This document shows, in pieces, positions 11,674-23,722 of a stretch of 64,000 nt of DNA. Position 1 is the stretch's first letter. Each line of letters begins with the position of its first letter. The notes under the pieces are model-generated. The model had not been told where the DNA came from. It was given only the letters and a program-made list of their open reading frames with translations, and did not search any database. Source of the DNA: Squalus acanthias (taxonomy: Eukaryota); assembly GCA_030390025.1 (NCBI GenBank), contig CM059432.1, positions 15,812,001 to 15,876,000 of the forward strand, in the 5' to 3' direction. Both the position numbers and the translations under genes were made by a program.

Positions 11674-12468
11674 CTGAGAGGAGCAATGGTCTTTGCCTCA
11701 ACCACTCAGTACAGCAAAGCATTCCATATTTTTAACAGCCCTCTGTGTAAAGAAATTTCTCCCAACTTCCGACTCATTTAATGACAATTTTTGACTTCCT
11801 CTTGCCCTTCACACGTCCAGCTGAAGGGATACACTTCAAGCTCACCTTGTAATTGGTGCTAATTTCTGTATCACCACTTCAATTCAAACTTTTTCCACCT
11901 GATTGGCTAATATGCAAATTTTTTTCAATGAGATTGAAATTCAATTAAAACATCTTCTGCCTGACTGGCTAATATGCACATTTATTCATTGTGATTCAAA
12001 ATTTAATTGAAATTTGGCCATGTGCCAATTTCTTAGAAAGGGGAAGGTGAACCAATCGAATAGCTCAAAACACTTTTTTAAGTTTCCCATTAGCCTCTCG
12101 ACAGCAACGAGGTTAGAAAAAATATTCACAGCATAAGTGACATAAGTTACAGAACTTACTTAAAACTTAGCCACAGAATTGCCCAATTTCTGTTTTTGCA
12201 CGCTGAGGCCTAACCTCTCTGTTGGGACTAGGCCCTCAGGCTTGTGGCCCATTCTAAACAGCTGTGCGCCATTCCCAGCCTGCTATGCTTCATTTCAGGG
12301 CCACTCTGACCTGTTCCACCCACCCCAACTCCACGCATTCTTCAGCTCTCACGTCTACTTCCCAGGCCCCTCATTCCACCCTCAACAGAGTCAGCCGTGG
12401 CTCAGTGGGTAGCAGCCCTTGCCTCTGATTCACGAGGTTGTGGGTTCAAGTCCCACTCCAGAAACTTA

Positions 12469-13300
12469 GGGCTGGATTTTGTCAATGGGGACGTGATGGA
12501 GGCGGGACTCCCATTTTTTGGGTTGTAGTCCCGCCTCCATCGACCTGTGGCCAACCCACTGTATTTTCCCTTGATTGACCTTGTTAAGCCCGCCCAGCGG
12601 GCTTAGCAGGCCAATCAAGGGTCCCTTGGATACAGGTGACGTCAGCCATTGAAATTTCATCTGTCAAGAGCTTTTGACATGAAATTTCAGCGTTTGACAA
12701 CTCTGTGAAGCTGTCAAACACTGACAATATGATTTCTAACGTGAGTCCCTGTACTTAGACTCAGTTAGAAATCAATCCAGCACAGAAAGCAGAGACTGCA
12801 GCTTTTGACAGCTCCGCGGCCATTCTGCTTTCTGTGCCGTGGATGTGAGAGACTCCCGAGAACTGAAGGAAGGAAGCCTGCAGGACAAAGTTAAGGTAAG
12901 TACAAGTTCTTAAAACACTTTACACACACCAAACACACTTACCCTCTGCACTCATGCACCCATCACTCACCTGCACACCGGACATCTCGACCCCTCCAAG
13001 CCCTCCAGACCGACGGTCCGCCTCGCTAAATCGGCGTGGTTCGGACCTGTTGGGAAGCCCACACTTCAGGGCTAAAAATAGGGATTAGGCAAAAAACTGC
13101 CTATTAACTACCTGTTAACAGGCAGTTTATTGGCACTAATCCCCTTCCCACCTCGGGGAGGCGGGTCCCAGCACAGGTCGGGTACCCGCCTCCTGTGAAA
13201 CTGGCATGGGGGCGGGATGGGTTCGGGACCCTCGATTCTGCTATTTTAACCCCCCACACGCCTCCAAACCCGCCTCCACGGGTCAATGAAAATTCTGCCC
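12469..13300. mobile_element. PIF/Harbinger-type non-autonomous element (MITE)
   Basis: Ends GGGCTGGATTTT ... AAAATTCTGCCC; subterminal about 50 nt (ttttaaccccccacacgcctccaaacccgcctccacgggtcaatgaaaat) shared with 53491-54146. Confidence 0.75.
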
Positions 13301-13302
13301 TA

Positions 13303-13578
13303 TAAACATAGAAAAATAGGAGCAGGAGTAGGCCATTCGAGCCTGCTCCGCATTCAACATGATCATGGCTGATCCTGTATCTCAATACCATATTCCCGCT
13401 CTCTCCCCATACCCCTTTGTTGCCTTTTGTGTCTAGAAATCTATCTATCTCCTTCTTAAATATATTCAGTGACTTGGCCTCCACAGCCTTCTGTGGTAGC
13501 GAATTCCACAGGTTCACCACCCACTGAGTGAAGAAATTTCTCCTCATCTCAGTCCTAAATGTCTTACCCCGTATCCTG
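13303..13578 (-). mobile_element. CR1 3' fragment nested in the SINE
   Basis: LRIRGKTFRTEMRRNFFTQWVVNLWNSLPQKAVEAKSLNIFK plus tail. Confidence 0.9.
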
Positions 13579-15739
13579 AGCACAAAAATCTAAGCTGACA
13601 CTCCAGTGCAGTGCTGAGGGAGCGCTGCACGGTCAGAGGTGCCATCTTTCGGATAAGATATTAAACCGAGGCCCTGTCTGCTCTCTCAGGTGGACATAAA
13701 AGATCCCATGGCACTATTTCGAAGAAGAGCAGGGGAGGTGTCTTGGCCAATATTTATCCCTCAATCAACATAACAATAACAGATTATCAGCTGATTATCA
13801 CATTGCTGTTTGTGGGAGCTTGCTGTGTGCAATTGGCTACTGCGTTTCCTACATTATAACAGTGACTACATTTCGAAAGTACTTCATCGGCTGTAAAGCA
13901 CTTTCGGACACCCTGAGGTCGTGAAAGGCGCTATATAAATGCAAGTCTTTTTTTCAACCCATTCCAACAATTCTCCCCATTTCTCTGCTCCAAGCCCCTC
14001 TGGGAATCTTTTCAGCTTCAGGTTTGCATCTCTAAATACACTTAGACGGCATTACAGATTTGTACTCCCCGTGTAAAGCTTGGCCCATTGGAATTCAGGC
14101 ATGAAGGTCCTGAAGAGCATTTAGTGCGGGAAGTGGCTTTGAACCCGAGGGCCCACTCGCAGATTGGGGCGGAACTACAGGCTTGGTGACCATGGCTCTT
14201 GACCCACCTGCCCCTAATGCTGCCGGATCCCAGGCACACCTCCCATCAGTACTGGCAGACTTGAGGAGGCCCCCTCCAGTGTGGCCAGTTTGAGCTACAG
14301 CCATCTATTACTGCCATCCCCTCCATGTGCTGGAACAGCCAAGAACTCCTCGCCACCCGCCCTGTGAGCAAACTCGGGGGCCGATTTTTATTATAGGTAG
14401 ACATCAGGTGAATGGTTTGTGGAGCAATTGCAGTGCCCACCCAGTGGTCCTTGACAAGGGACCTGAGCCATTCTGATGGTGTGGGCGCGAAACTCGACAA
14501 CTGCTCCATGGAGCTGAGCCGGAAGTCAGAGCTTAAGTGCGGGGTGGGGGGGATGCAATCACGGGAGGGGGACATGGAGGAACCGGCAGTGGGCGTAAAC
14601 ATTTTTGCTGTGCCAGCAGGAACATTCGTGCTCCTCCTGACCCCATAGAAATCATTTTTTTAAATGGAAAAGTACCAGCCTCAATTTTAACCTAACCCGG
14701 TTTACACACCCACTGGGGGGGGGGGGGTGATTAGGTTAAAATCAGTTTTTGTGAGAGGCCTTAAGTTAAGGGCCACTGGTTAGGCCGCTCTGCACCTAAT
14801 ATCAATGGACAGAGTTTGCACAGCACATGCTCCAGCCCATTGGTAGCTGACAATTACATTGGGATCCTATGTACATCATAGTGTTAGGATTGTAAATTTT
14901 GTAACACTATTTTGCCTATTTGCCAAGGATGAATTCTTGGATACAGAGTCAAACACTTATTAAAAGTTAACTGTTACACACTCACGGCCAACATTGAAAT
15001 TACGAAGGCTGCTTTGCCACGGAAGATACACACGCGACAGTCAGTCGCGCTCAATCCTCCAGATTTCTCCCTACTTCACCTCCCAATCTCACATTCCAAT
15101 GATTTTGCTTTGTAAGCTCAGCTAAAAGGCCATTGCATCACCTTCTCCATGACCTTCATTCTTGGTTGTACCTTGGGTATTATTAGCGCAACATACCAAG
15201 AACTCAGAAAGGTTCCACAGCACGATCGACTGGTCCAAGAATGTTTTATATGACAACAGTTTACAGCCTTACAGATTTGTTGACATTCTACAAGTATTGC
15301 CTGTCCGCTGCATTTGTAGGTTGTTTAATTCTAAGATTTTAACGACAGAACTCATAAACTGAAAGCAATACAAGTGATTCTTTCCTCATCTTGTTAGCAT
15401 CATGTATCTCTGATTTGTATACTTTAATGGTGTGCCCACCTGAACTAGCCCAGAACTGGTTGAAAATGGTGGCCGGCAGATCAGGGTTGGGAACAGGGTG
15501 GTTAAATTAAGCACCGTGATTTCCAGAGCACTGCTGCCCCGTTCCCACCCATTGGCGGTAATACAAATTGGCCCCTGCGTCTCCCATCACTTGGTGCTGC
15601 CGAATTCCAAGACCCCTGCCCCATGATGTTAACCCTGAGACTCTCTCACCCCAAACGCTACCGAGTCCCAAAGCCCGCCCCTATGCTGCAACAGTTCAGA
15701 ACACTCATTTCACTTGCAGATTCCTCGTTCACACCCCAC

Positions 15740-16910
15740 ACAAGTTTCCACACAAGAGATTGGTGAGCAAAGTTAAAGCACATGGGATTGGGGGTAATGT
15801 GTTGACGTGGATTGAGAACTGGTTGGCACACAGGAAACAAAGAGTAGGAGTAAATGGGTACTTTTCAGAATGGCAGGCAGTGACCAGCGGGGTACCGCAG
15901 GGTTCGGTGCTGGGACCCCAGCTGTTTACATTATATATTAATGATTTGGACGAAGGGATTAAATGTAATATCTCCAAATTTGCGGATGACACTAAATTGG
16001 GAGGCAGTGTGAACAATGAGGAGGATGCTAGGAGGCTACAGAGTGACTTGGACAGGTTGGGTGAATGGGCAAATATATGGCAGATGAAGTACAATGTGGA
16101 TAAATGTGAGGTTATCCACTTTGGTGGTAAAAATAGAGAGGCGGACTATTACCTGAATGGTGGCAGATTAGGGAAAGGGGAGGTGCAATGAGACCTGGGC
16201 ATCATGGTACATCAGTCATTGAAGGTGGGAATGCAAGTGCAGCAGGCAGTCAAGAAAGCAAACGGAATGATGGCCTTCATAGTAAGGGGATTTGAGTACA
16301 GGAGTAGGGAGGTGATGCTGCAGTTGTACAGGGCCTTGGTGAGGCCACACCTGGAGTATTGTGCGCAGTTTTGGTCTCCTAACTTAAGGAAGGACATTCT
16401 TGCTATTGCGGGAGTGCAGCGAAGGTTCACTAGATTGATTCCTGGGATGACCGGACTGACATATCAAGAAAGATTGGGTCAACTGAACTTGTATCCTCTG
16501 GAGTTCAGAAGAATGAGGGGGGATCTTATAGAGACATTTAAAATCCTGACTGGTTTAGACAAATTAGATGCGGGCAGAATGTTCCCAATGGTAGGGAAAA
16601 CTAGAACCAGGGGTCACAGTCTAAGGATTAAGGGGAAGCCATTTAGGACTGAGCTGAGGAGGAACTTCTTCACCCAGAGAGTGGTGAATCTATGGAATTC
16701 TCTTCCACAGAAGGTTGTTGAGGCCAGTTCGCTAAATATATTCAAAAGGGAGTTAGATATAACACTCACAACTAGGGGGATCAAGGGGTATGGCGAGAAA
16801 GCAGGAATGGGGTACTGAGGTAGCATGTTCAGCCATGAACGCATTGAATGGCGGTGCAGGCTCGAAGGACCGAATGGTCTACTCCTGTACCTATTTTCTA
16901 TGTTTCTATG
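15740..16910 (+). mobile_element. 5'-truncated CR1 (RT and C-terminus)
   Basis: ORFs 15568..16191 and 16204..16818 with GVPQGSVLGP, KFADD, RPHLEYC; single in-frame stop; (TTTCTATG)n tail. Confidence 0.95.
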
Positions 16911-18504
16911 TCCTTCCAAACTCTGGGGTCACTAAACCCCACCATGTCCCCCAGTGTTGCTATATGCCAGGTACCTACCTCAAACAAAGTACAGTACATT
17001 TATCCAGTGCTTAAAAGAAGATAAGAGCTAAAAAATTAAGTGCATAGATAAAGGACCATAAATTAATAATCAATTAATTTACACTTTTCATGAAAATCTG
17101 AATGGAATTGTGGAACTTGATCTCCAAACATCCCAGAAAGCCTTGTAGTAAAAACATAATTTGACTTATTCAGTCACCATAGATGTATGACCTTGATAAT
17201 ACATTTAGCATTGCATGGGACCTCTAACTTACTGCTATTTAGAAAATAAGTTTTGTAAGTTTTAAGTTTCCATAACACTCATGAATATTCATGTTTCATT
17301 TAAGGGTAACTTATTTTGGTTGGTTTTTTTGTTGCAATTTGATGGTAATAGAATTTAGCTAAGGGTGTATAATAAAGCCTACGAAAAGATAGCACTGGAT
17401 TTTAAGGGGAGAAAGATCTCGTGTTCTCAGCTTAGAATATAGCTTAATGATATCATGATAGCAGTGGCCTATATCTGGCCTTCCAATTCGAGCTGCCAGC
17501 TTTCTACCAGCTCACTATATTCCATCAGATTGGGAGTGTTAATGTGTGGCTGATCAGTGCCTAGCCCGGTGCTTCTTGCCCTTGCCCCTGTTCTACTTGC
17601 TGAATTTTGTATTTAATGAGGCATCCTTCAGGAATTGATACATTTCATTCCCCATGTAGTTTTTTTTCCATATTTTAAAAAGAAAATTGCTTTTGCAGAA
17701 TTGGATATCTTCTGTGAAGGATAGCTTCTCTCAATTTGCTGCCTTCATTTTATTTTCTAACAAAAAACTTTCTAAAATGTATATTTTTGGTTCCAGCTAC
17801 AATTTGATAAACTACAACTTGCATGGGATCCAGTGCCCAAATACATGGTGACCATTTAAGTCAGTGGTGCAGAGAACCCCGACATATCTCGGTGGCTGCA
17901 TTCTACAGCCGTGACGTGAGACCGTTACTCCCTCTGAGAAAAAGACCGTTTAGAGCCACAGATCAATGAGCACGGAACACTTGGGCTCTTACAGTCTCCT
18001 CTCCTGTAGTTTTATCATTGGATTGAATGTTGTATTTTTTTTCTTTCTGTGGTACATTTGAGCCACCATCAAAGGTTTAAAATGTAGTAAAATTAATGGC
18101 CGCGTTATGGATTCAAGTCTATTTAATGTAAAAAAAAAAATGCGCAATACACAAATTAATTGCTGGAAGAAGAGTCTCCTTAATGTTGAAGCGTTGATCT
18201 GTGAACACTTATTTCAACACGCTAGTACAGGCCATGAGGAATGTAACTACTGGGTCTAATAAAGTCAATGGACCCAGTTTGTAAGACACTGATCATTTAA
18301 AGCATGGGTTTTAGAACTATCGCGTGATTACACTGATGTTGGTGTGAAAGTTTCACCCCCCACCCCCACCAGTATCCTTTTTGTCACATCATCTCCCTGA
18401 AGTAGGGTAAATATTTTGTGGAGATGCCGAGATTATTTGTGGTTTAACACTTTTTAAAACAGTTTGTGCAGCCCCAAACATAAGAACTCTCATCAGGTTT
18501 AATC

Positions 18505-19250
18505 GGAGCCTGTCCGGCGGCTCTGTGGCCTACACCTAGTGTGGAGCTGAGCCACTCATACCAGACATGTCCCAGGTTTGATCCTCATCTGTGTTTATCT
18601 CTGCTGTGTCAAAGGTGTGAGCAGTACAATTGGAGTCGGTATCTGTGCTCTGCGGAGAAGAAAAGTTCGCCAAGCTTTTTCCCATTCCTGATCACTCTCT
18701 TGTACCTCTGTTGGAAAATCTGATGTGTGTGTGTGTGTGTACATTTGGTCAGGACATAGGATTGCATAGGCTATACTGCACAGAAACAGGCCATGCTGGC
18801 GTTTATGCTCCACACGAGCCTCCTCCCATCTTTCTCATCTAAATCTATCAGCATAATCCTGTATTCCCTTCTCCCTCATATGCTTGTCTAGCCTCCCCTT
18901 AAATGAATCTATACTATTCGCTTCAACCACTCCCTGTGGTAGCGAGTTCCACATTCTCACCACTCTCTGGGTAAAGAAGTTTCTTCTGAATTCCCTATTG
19001 GATTTCTTGGTGACTATCTTATGTTGATGGCCTCTAGTTATGCTCTTCCCCACAAGTGGAAACATTCTCTCTGTATCCACTCTATCAAAACCTTTCATAA
19101 TTTTAAATACCTCTATTAGGTTGATGATTAGGGGTTCGCTAAAATGCCCTTTTCCCACAGCAAAATAGCCTGCTAACACTCACTCTCTAGACTCAGACAC
19201 AGAGAATAACCACTTGGGCAAGGTACTGAAGGATTGTGAAATGTTGTGCC
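18505..19250 (+). mobile_element. Old SINE-like repeat split by a minus-strand CR1 fragment (about 18755-19120)
   Basis: Degenerate similarity by eye to copies at about 34400-34710(-), 38130-38340(+), 45400-45660(-) and 61935-62285(-); CR1 ORF 18835..19179 RRNFFTQRVVRMWNSLP. Confidence 0.6.
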
Positions 19251-19843
19251 ATCACAAGTCTTAAAAAGGAAAAAGAAAGATGGTGGGCGGGGGGGGCAAC
19301 GATCCCTCTAAATGTTTATTCCCTGAGCGGGCCCGTTAAATTTGCTGCATGGTATCTCTTCCAGCGGCAGCGCTGGTGAGCGGTCTGCGCGGGACCTCGA
19401 CATTGGAGCGCGGCCACACACCTTCGGGGGGGATCATTGGGGGAGGGGGCTAATTTTCACTTTCGGCAGGGGTTGTAAAACTGGCAGAAGTAGATTGGCC
19501 GCCCCTTCAATGGAAAGGACAATCAGCCGGGGTATGCCCGCCTTCCCTCTGCCAGTTTTATGGCCCTGCTGAAAGTAAGAATTACCCCCTAACTTGTTCA
19601 AATCAACTTTTAAGATGTGTCGCGGGCAACTTTTTATAAGCGCTCCTGAATTCGACTGCAGTTGCGTACCTCAGCAGGTCAACCCTTGCTCAGCTTTGTC
19701 AAAGCAGCGATGATCAAAAGGAGAACCTGCTTCTCTTCGAGTATAAAGCTCTTCAGCGATCGGCGGGACAAGTGCTGAGCGTGGTTTGATCTCTGTCTGG
19801 TTAATGGTGTTTGAAGTGCTGTAATCGCCTTTTATTTTGACAG

Positions 19844-19971
19844 CATGAATGGAAGTATTTCAATTCAGTCTCTGACAAGCCCGTCACACATACCGACTTC
19901 ATGTCCGCACTCAGCAACGTCGAATACATCCTGATTAAAGCTTCCTACGGCAATGGGCTCCAGCAGAGCAG
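19844..19971 (+). CDS. lama1: lama1 exon (L4 domain), 128 nt, phase 0/2
   Basis: tgacag|CAT...AG|gtaagg; HEWKYFNSVSDKPVTHTDFMSALSNVEYILIKASYGNGLQQS(R). Confidence 0.95.
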
Positions 19972-20473
19972 GTAAGGAATGCAATTAGGTCGCAGCGACT
20001 GCGGTTTTTACCAAGATGATGGCTTTCAGTGTGAGGCGAAGGGAAAAAAAAGAAAGGGAAGCTGTTACTTGTGTGCTTAAAGTAGAAGCTGAAGAGTGTG
20101 CATGACTTGGTTACCATTGTTACCACTGCATCACGAGGAAATAAACCAGTTAAAAGTGAGTTTGTCATTCCGGCAGCAGGGTCAAGAGTCGTACAGAGAG
20201 GACTTACATTGGAATTGCTCGATTTGAATGAGTACTTGGCAGTCGCAGTTACCACACTGGCTGACTATCACAAAGTTTAATTGATTGTACTGTCAATATA
20301 AACCTTTTTGGTCAGTACCATTGGCCGGTTCAGTTGAGCAAAACCTTTGGCCTTAGAATGACTCTGATTGTTCATTACCAATAAATACACCGAACAGAGA
20401 TTAAAAAGAAATAAAAACAGAAAATGCTGGAAATACTCAGCAGGTCAGGCAGCTTCTGTGGAGAGAGAATCAG

Positions 20474-20510
20474 AGTTAACGTTTCAGGCCGATGGCCCTT
20501 CGTCAGAACT
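20474..20510 (-). ncRNA. Minimal type I hammerhead ribozyme (PLE-associated)
   Basis: AGUU-CUGACGA-A-GGGCC(AUC)GGCCU-GAAA-CGU-U-AACU. Confidence 0.82.
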
Positions 20511-20655
20511 GGAAAAAGCTGGAGATCGAACAGGCTTTTAAGCAAGTGCAGGGGCAGGGAGAGGGGGGAGGGGAGGAAAGAAAAAAAGGGAAGGTCTGTG
20601 ATAGGATGGAAGGCAGGAGAGATTAAGAGACATTAAGAGAGGGTGCAAGGCAAAA

Positions 20656-23600
20656 TATCCTTGTGGGAGGGTTTGCTAGTGCTGTTGGGGAGGGTTTAAA
20701 CTAGCTTGGCAGGGGGATGGGAACCTAAGTATAGAGTCAATAGGGAGGGAAGAAAAACTGGAATTGGAAAACAAAAACGTAGAAAGTAAATTGGAAGGAC
20801 AGAGGAATCAAGGGCTAGATAGTAGTCAACAAGGAGGTTTGCCTGTACTAAATGGTATATACGTCAATGCAAGGAGTATAGCTAACAAGGCAGATGAGCT
20901 GAGGGCACAGGTCGATACTTGGGACTATGATATTATAGCTATTACAGAAAGGTGGCTGAAAGAGGGGCAGGTATGGCAGCTCAACATTCCTGGTTACAGG
21001 ATTTTCAGACGGGATAGAGAGGGAGGTAAAAAGGGAGGGGGGGTCGCGGTATTGATTAAAGAAACTATTACAGCTGTGAGGAGGGATGATATGTTGGAGG
21101 GATCATCAAACGAGGCCATTTGGGTAGAATTAAAAAACAAAAAAGGGGTGATCACAGTGCTGGGAGTGTACTACAGACCCCCAAACAGTGAGAGGGAGAT
21201 AGAAGAACAAATATATCGACAAATTTCTGAGAAGTGCAAAAACTATAGGGCAGTAATAGTAGGGGATTTCAACTACCCCAATATTAACTGGGATAAAATT
21301 AGTGTGAAGGGTATAGAAGGTGCGGAATTCCTAAAATGCATCCAGGAGAACTTTTTTAGTCCGTATGTAGCAAACCCAACAAGGGAAGAGGCGGTGCTGG
21401 ACTTAGTTTTAGGGAATGAAGCTGGGCAGGGAGAAGGCGTATCAGTGGGGGAGCATTTTGGTGCTAGTGACCATAATTCTGTAAGATTTAAGGTAGTTAT
21501 GGAAAAGGACAAGGATAGACCAGGAATAAAAATTCTAAATTGGGGAAAAGCAAATTTTGCTAAGCTCAGAGGGAATTTAGCCATAGTGGACTAGAAACAG
21601 CTACTTGAAGGTAAATCAGTGTCAGAGCAGTGGGAGGCATTCAAGGAGGAGATACGGAGGGTTCAGACCAAACATGTGCCCTTAAAGAAAAAAGGTGGGA
21701 CTAACAAATCTAGAGCCCCTGGATGTCTAGAGACATACAGGGTCGGATAAAGAAAAAAGGGAGGCGTATGACAGATACCGAGGGCTGAATACTCCAGAAT
21801 CTTTAGAGGAGTACAGAAAGTGCAGGGGTGCAATTAAAAAGGATATTAGGAAAGCAAAGAGAGAGCATGAAAAATTCTTGGCAAGTAAAATCAAGGAAAA
21901 CCCAAAGATGCTTGATAAATATATTAAGAGTAATAGGATAACTAAAGAAAGGGTAGGGCCTATTAGAGATCATGAGGGTAATCTGTGTGTGGAGGCGGGA
22001 GACATCGGTAGGGTTCTTAATGAATACTTTGCGTCTGTTTTCACAAAGGAGAGGGGCGAAGCAGACATTGCTATCGGGGGGGAGGAGTGTGAAATATTAG
22101 ATGAAATAAACATAGTGAGAGAGGAAGAATTAAGGGGTTTAGCAGCTTTAAAAGTGGATAAATCCCCAGGCCCGGATGAAATGTATCCCAGGCTGTTAAG
22201 CGAAGCAAAAGAGGAAATAGCAGAGGCCCTGACCATCATTTTTCAATCCTCTCTGGCTTCAGGTGTGGTACTGGAGGACTGCTAATGTGGTAACCTTGTT
22301 TAAAAAGGGAGAAAAGGATAGACCGAGTAATTGCAGGCCAGTCAGCCTAACCATGGTGGTGGGAAAATTATTGGAAAGAATTCTGAAGGACAGGATAAAT
22401 CTTCATTTAGAAAGACACGGATTAATCAAGGATAGTCAGCGCAGATTTGTTAAGGGAAGGTCGTGTCTGACAAACTTGATTGAATTTTTTGAGGAGGTAA
22501 CAAGGAGGGTAGATGAGGGTAGTGCATTTGATGTAGTGTATGTGGACTTTAGCAAGGCTTTTGATAAGGTTCCACATGGCAGACTGGTCACGAAGTTAAA
22601 AGCCCATGGGATCCAGGGCAAAGTGTCAAGTTGGATTCAAAACTGGCTCGGAGACAGGAAGCAGAGGGTAATGGTTGATGGGTGTTTTTGTGACTGGAAG
22701 GCTGTTTCCAGTGGGGTTCTGCAGGGCTCAGTACTAGGTCCCTTGCTTTTTGTGATATATATCAACGATCTTGATTGAATATAGGGGGTATGATTAAGAA
22801 GTTTGCAGATGATACTAAAATCGGCTGTGTGGTTGATACTGAAGAAGGAAGCTGTAGACTGCAGGAAGATATCAATAAATTGGTCAGGTGGGCAGAACAG
22901 TGGCAAATGGAATTCAATCCGGAGAAGTGTGAGGTAATGCATTTGGGGAGGGCTAACAAGGAAAGGTAATACACATTAAATGGTAGGACACTGAGTAGTG
23001 TAGAGGAACAAAGGGACCTTGGAGTGCATGTCCACAGATCCCTGAAGGTAGCAGGCCAAGTAGATAAGGTGGTTAAGAAGGCATATGGAATGCTTGCCTT
23101 TATTAGCCGTGGCACAGAATACAAGAGCAGGGGGGTTATGCTTGAACTGTATAAAACACTAGTTAGTCCTCAGCTAGAGTACTGCGTGCAGTTCTGGTCA
23201 CCACATTACAGGAAAGATGTGATTGCACTAGAGAGGGTACAGAGGAGATTTACAAGGATGTTGCCAGGAGTAGAGAATCTTAGCTATGAGGAAAGACTGG
23301 ATAGGCTGGGTCTGTTTTCCTTGGAACAGAGGAGGCTGAGGGGAGACCTTATTGAGGTGTATAAAATTATGAGGGACATAGATAAATTGGATAGAAAGGA
23401 CCTCTTTCCCTTAGCAGAGGGGTCAAAAACCAGGTGACACAGATTTAAAGAAATTGGGGGAAGGTTTAGAGGGGATTTGAGGGGAAATTTCTTCATCCAG
23501 AGGGTTGTGGGGGTCTGGAACTCACTGCCTGAAAGGGTGGTAGAGGCAGGAACCCTAACCACATTTAAAAAGTACTTGGATGTGCACTTGGGATGCTCTA

Positions 23601-23722
23601 ACCTGCAGGGCTACGGACCAAGAGCTGGGAAGTGGGATTAGGCTGGATAGCTCTTTGTTGGCCGGCGCGGACACGATGGGCCAAAATGGCCTCCTTCCGT
23701 GCTGTAACTTTCTATGATTCTA
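20656..23722 (+). mobile_element. CR1 LINE, almost complete ORF2 (APE endonuclease + RT), degenerate
   Basis: YVNARSI, IIAITERWL, VGDFNYP, SDHNSV, YVDFSKAFD, KKFADD in successive ORFs; TTCTATGA tail; the Penelope arm resumes right after it. Confidence 0.95.

Larger units (their letters stand above)
12389..13953 (+). mobile_element. SacSINE1-like DeuSINE split by two nested insertions (parts 12389-12467 and 13578-13953)
   Basis: Head ends ...ccagaaactt and resumes gagcacaaaaatctaagctgacac at 13578. Confidence 0.88.

Noticed and set aside
20764..23437. Functional endonuclease/RT host genes
   Set aside because: Broken by stops and frameshifts; dead CR1 copies. No intact autonomous retroelement is present in the window.
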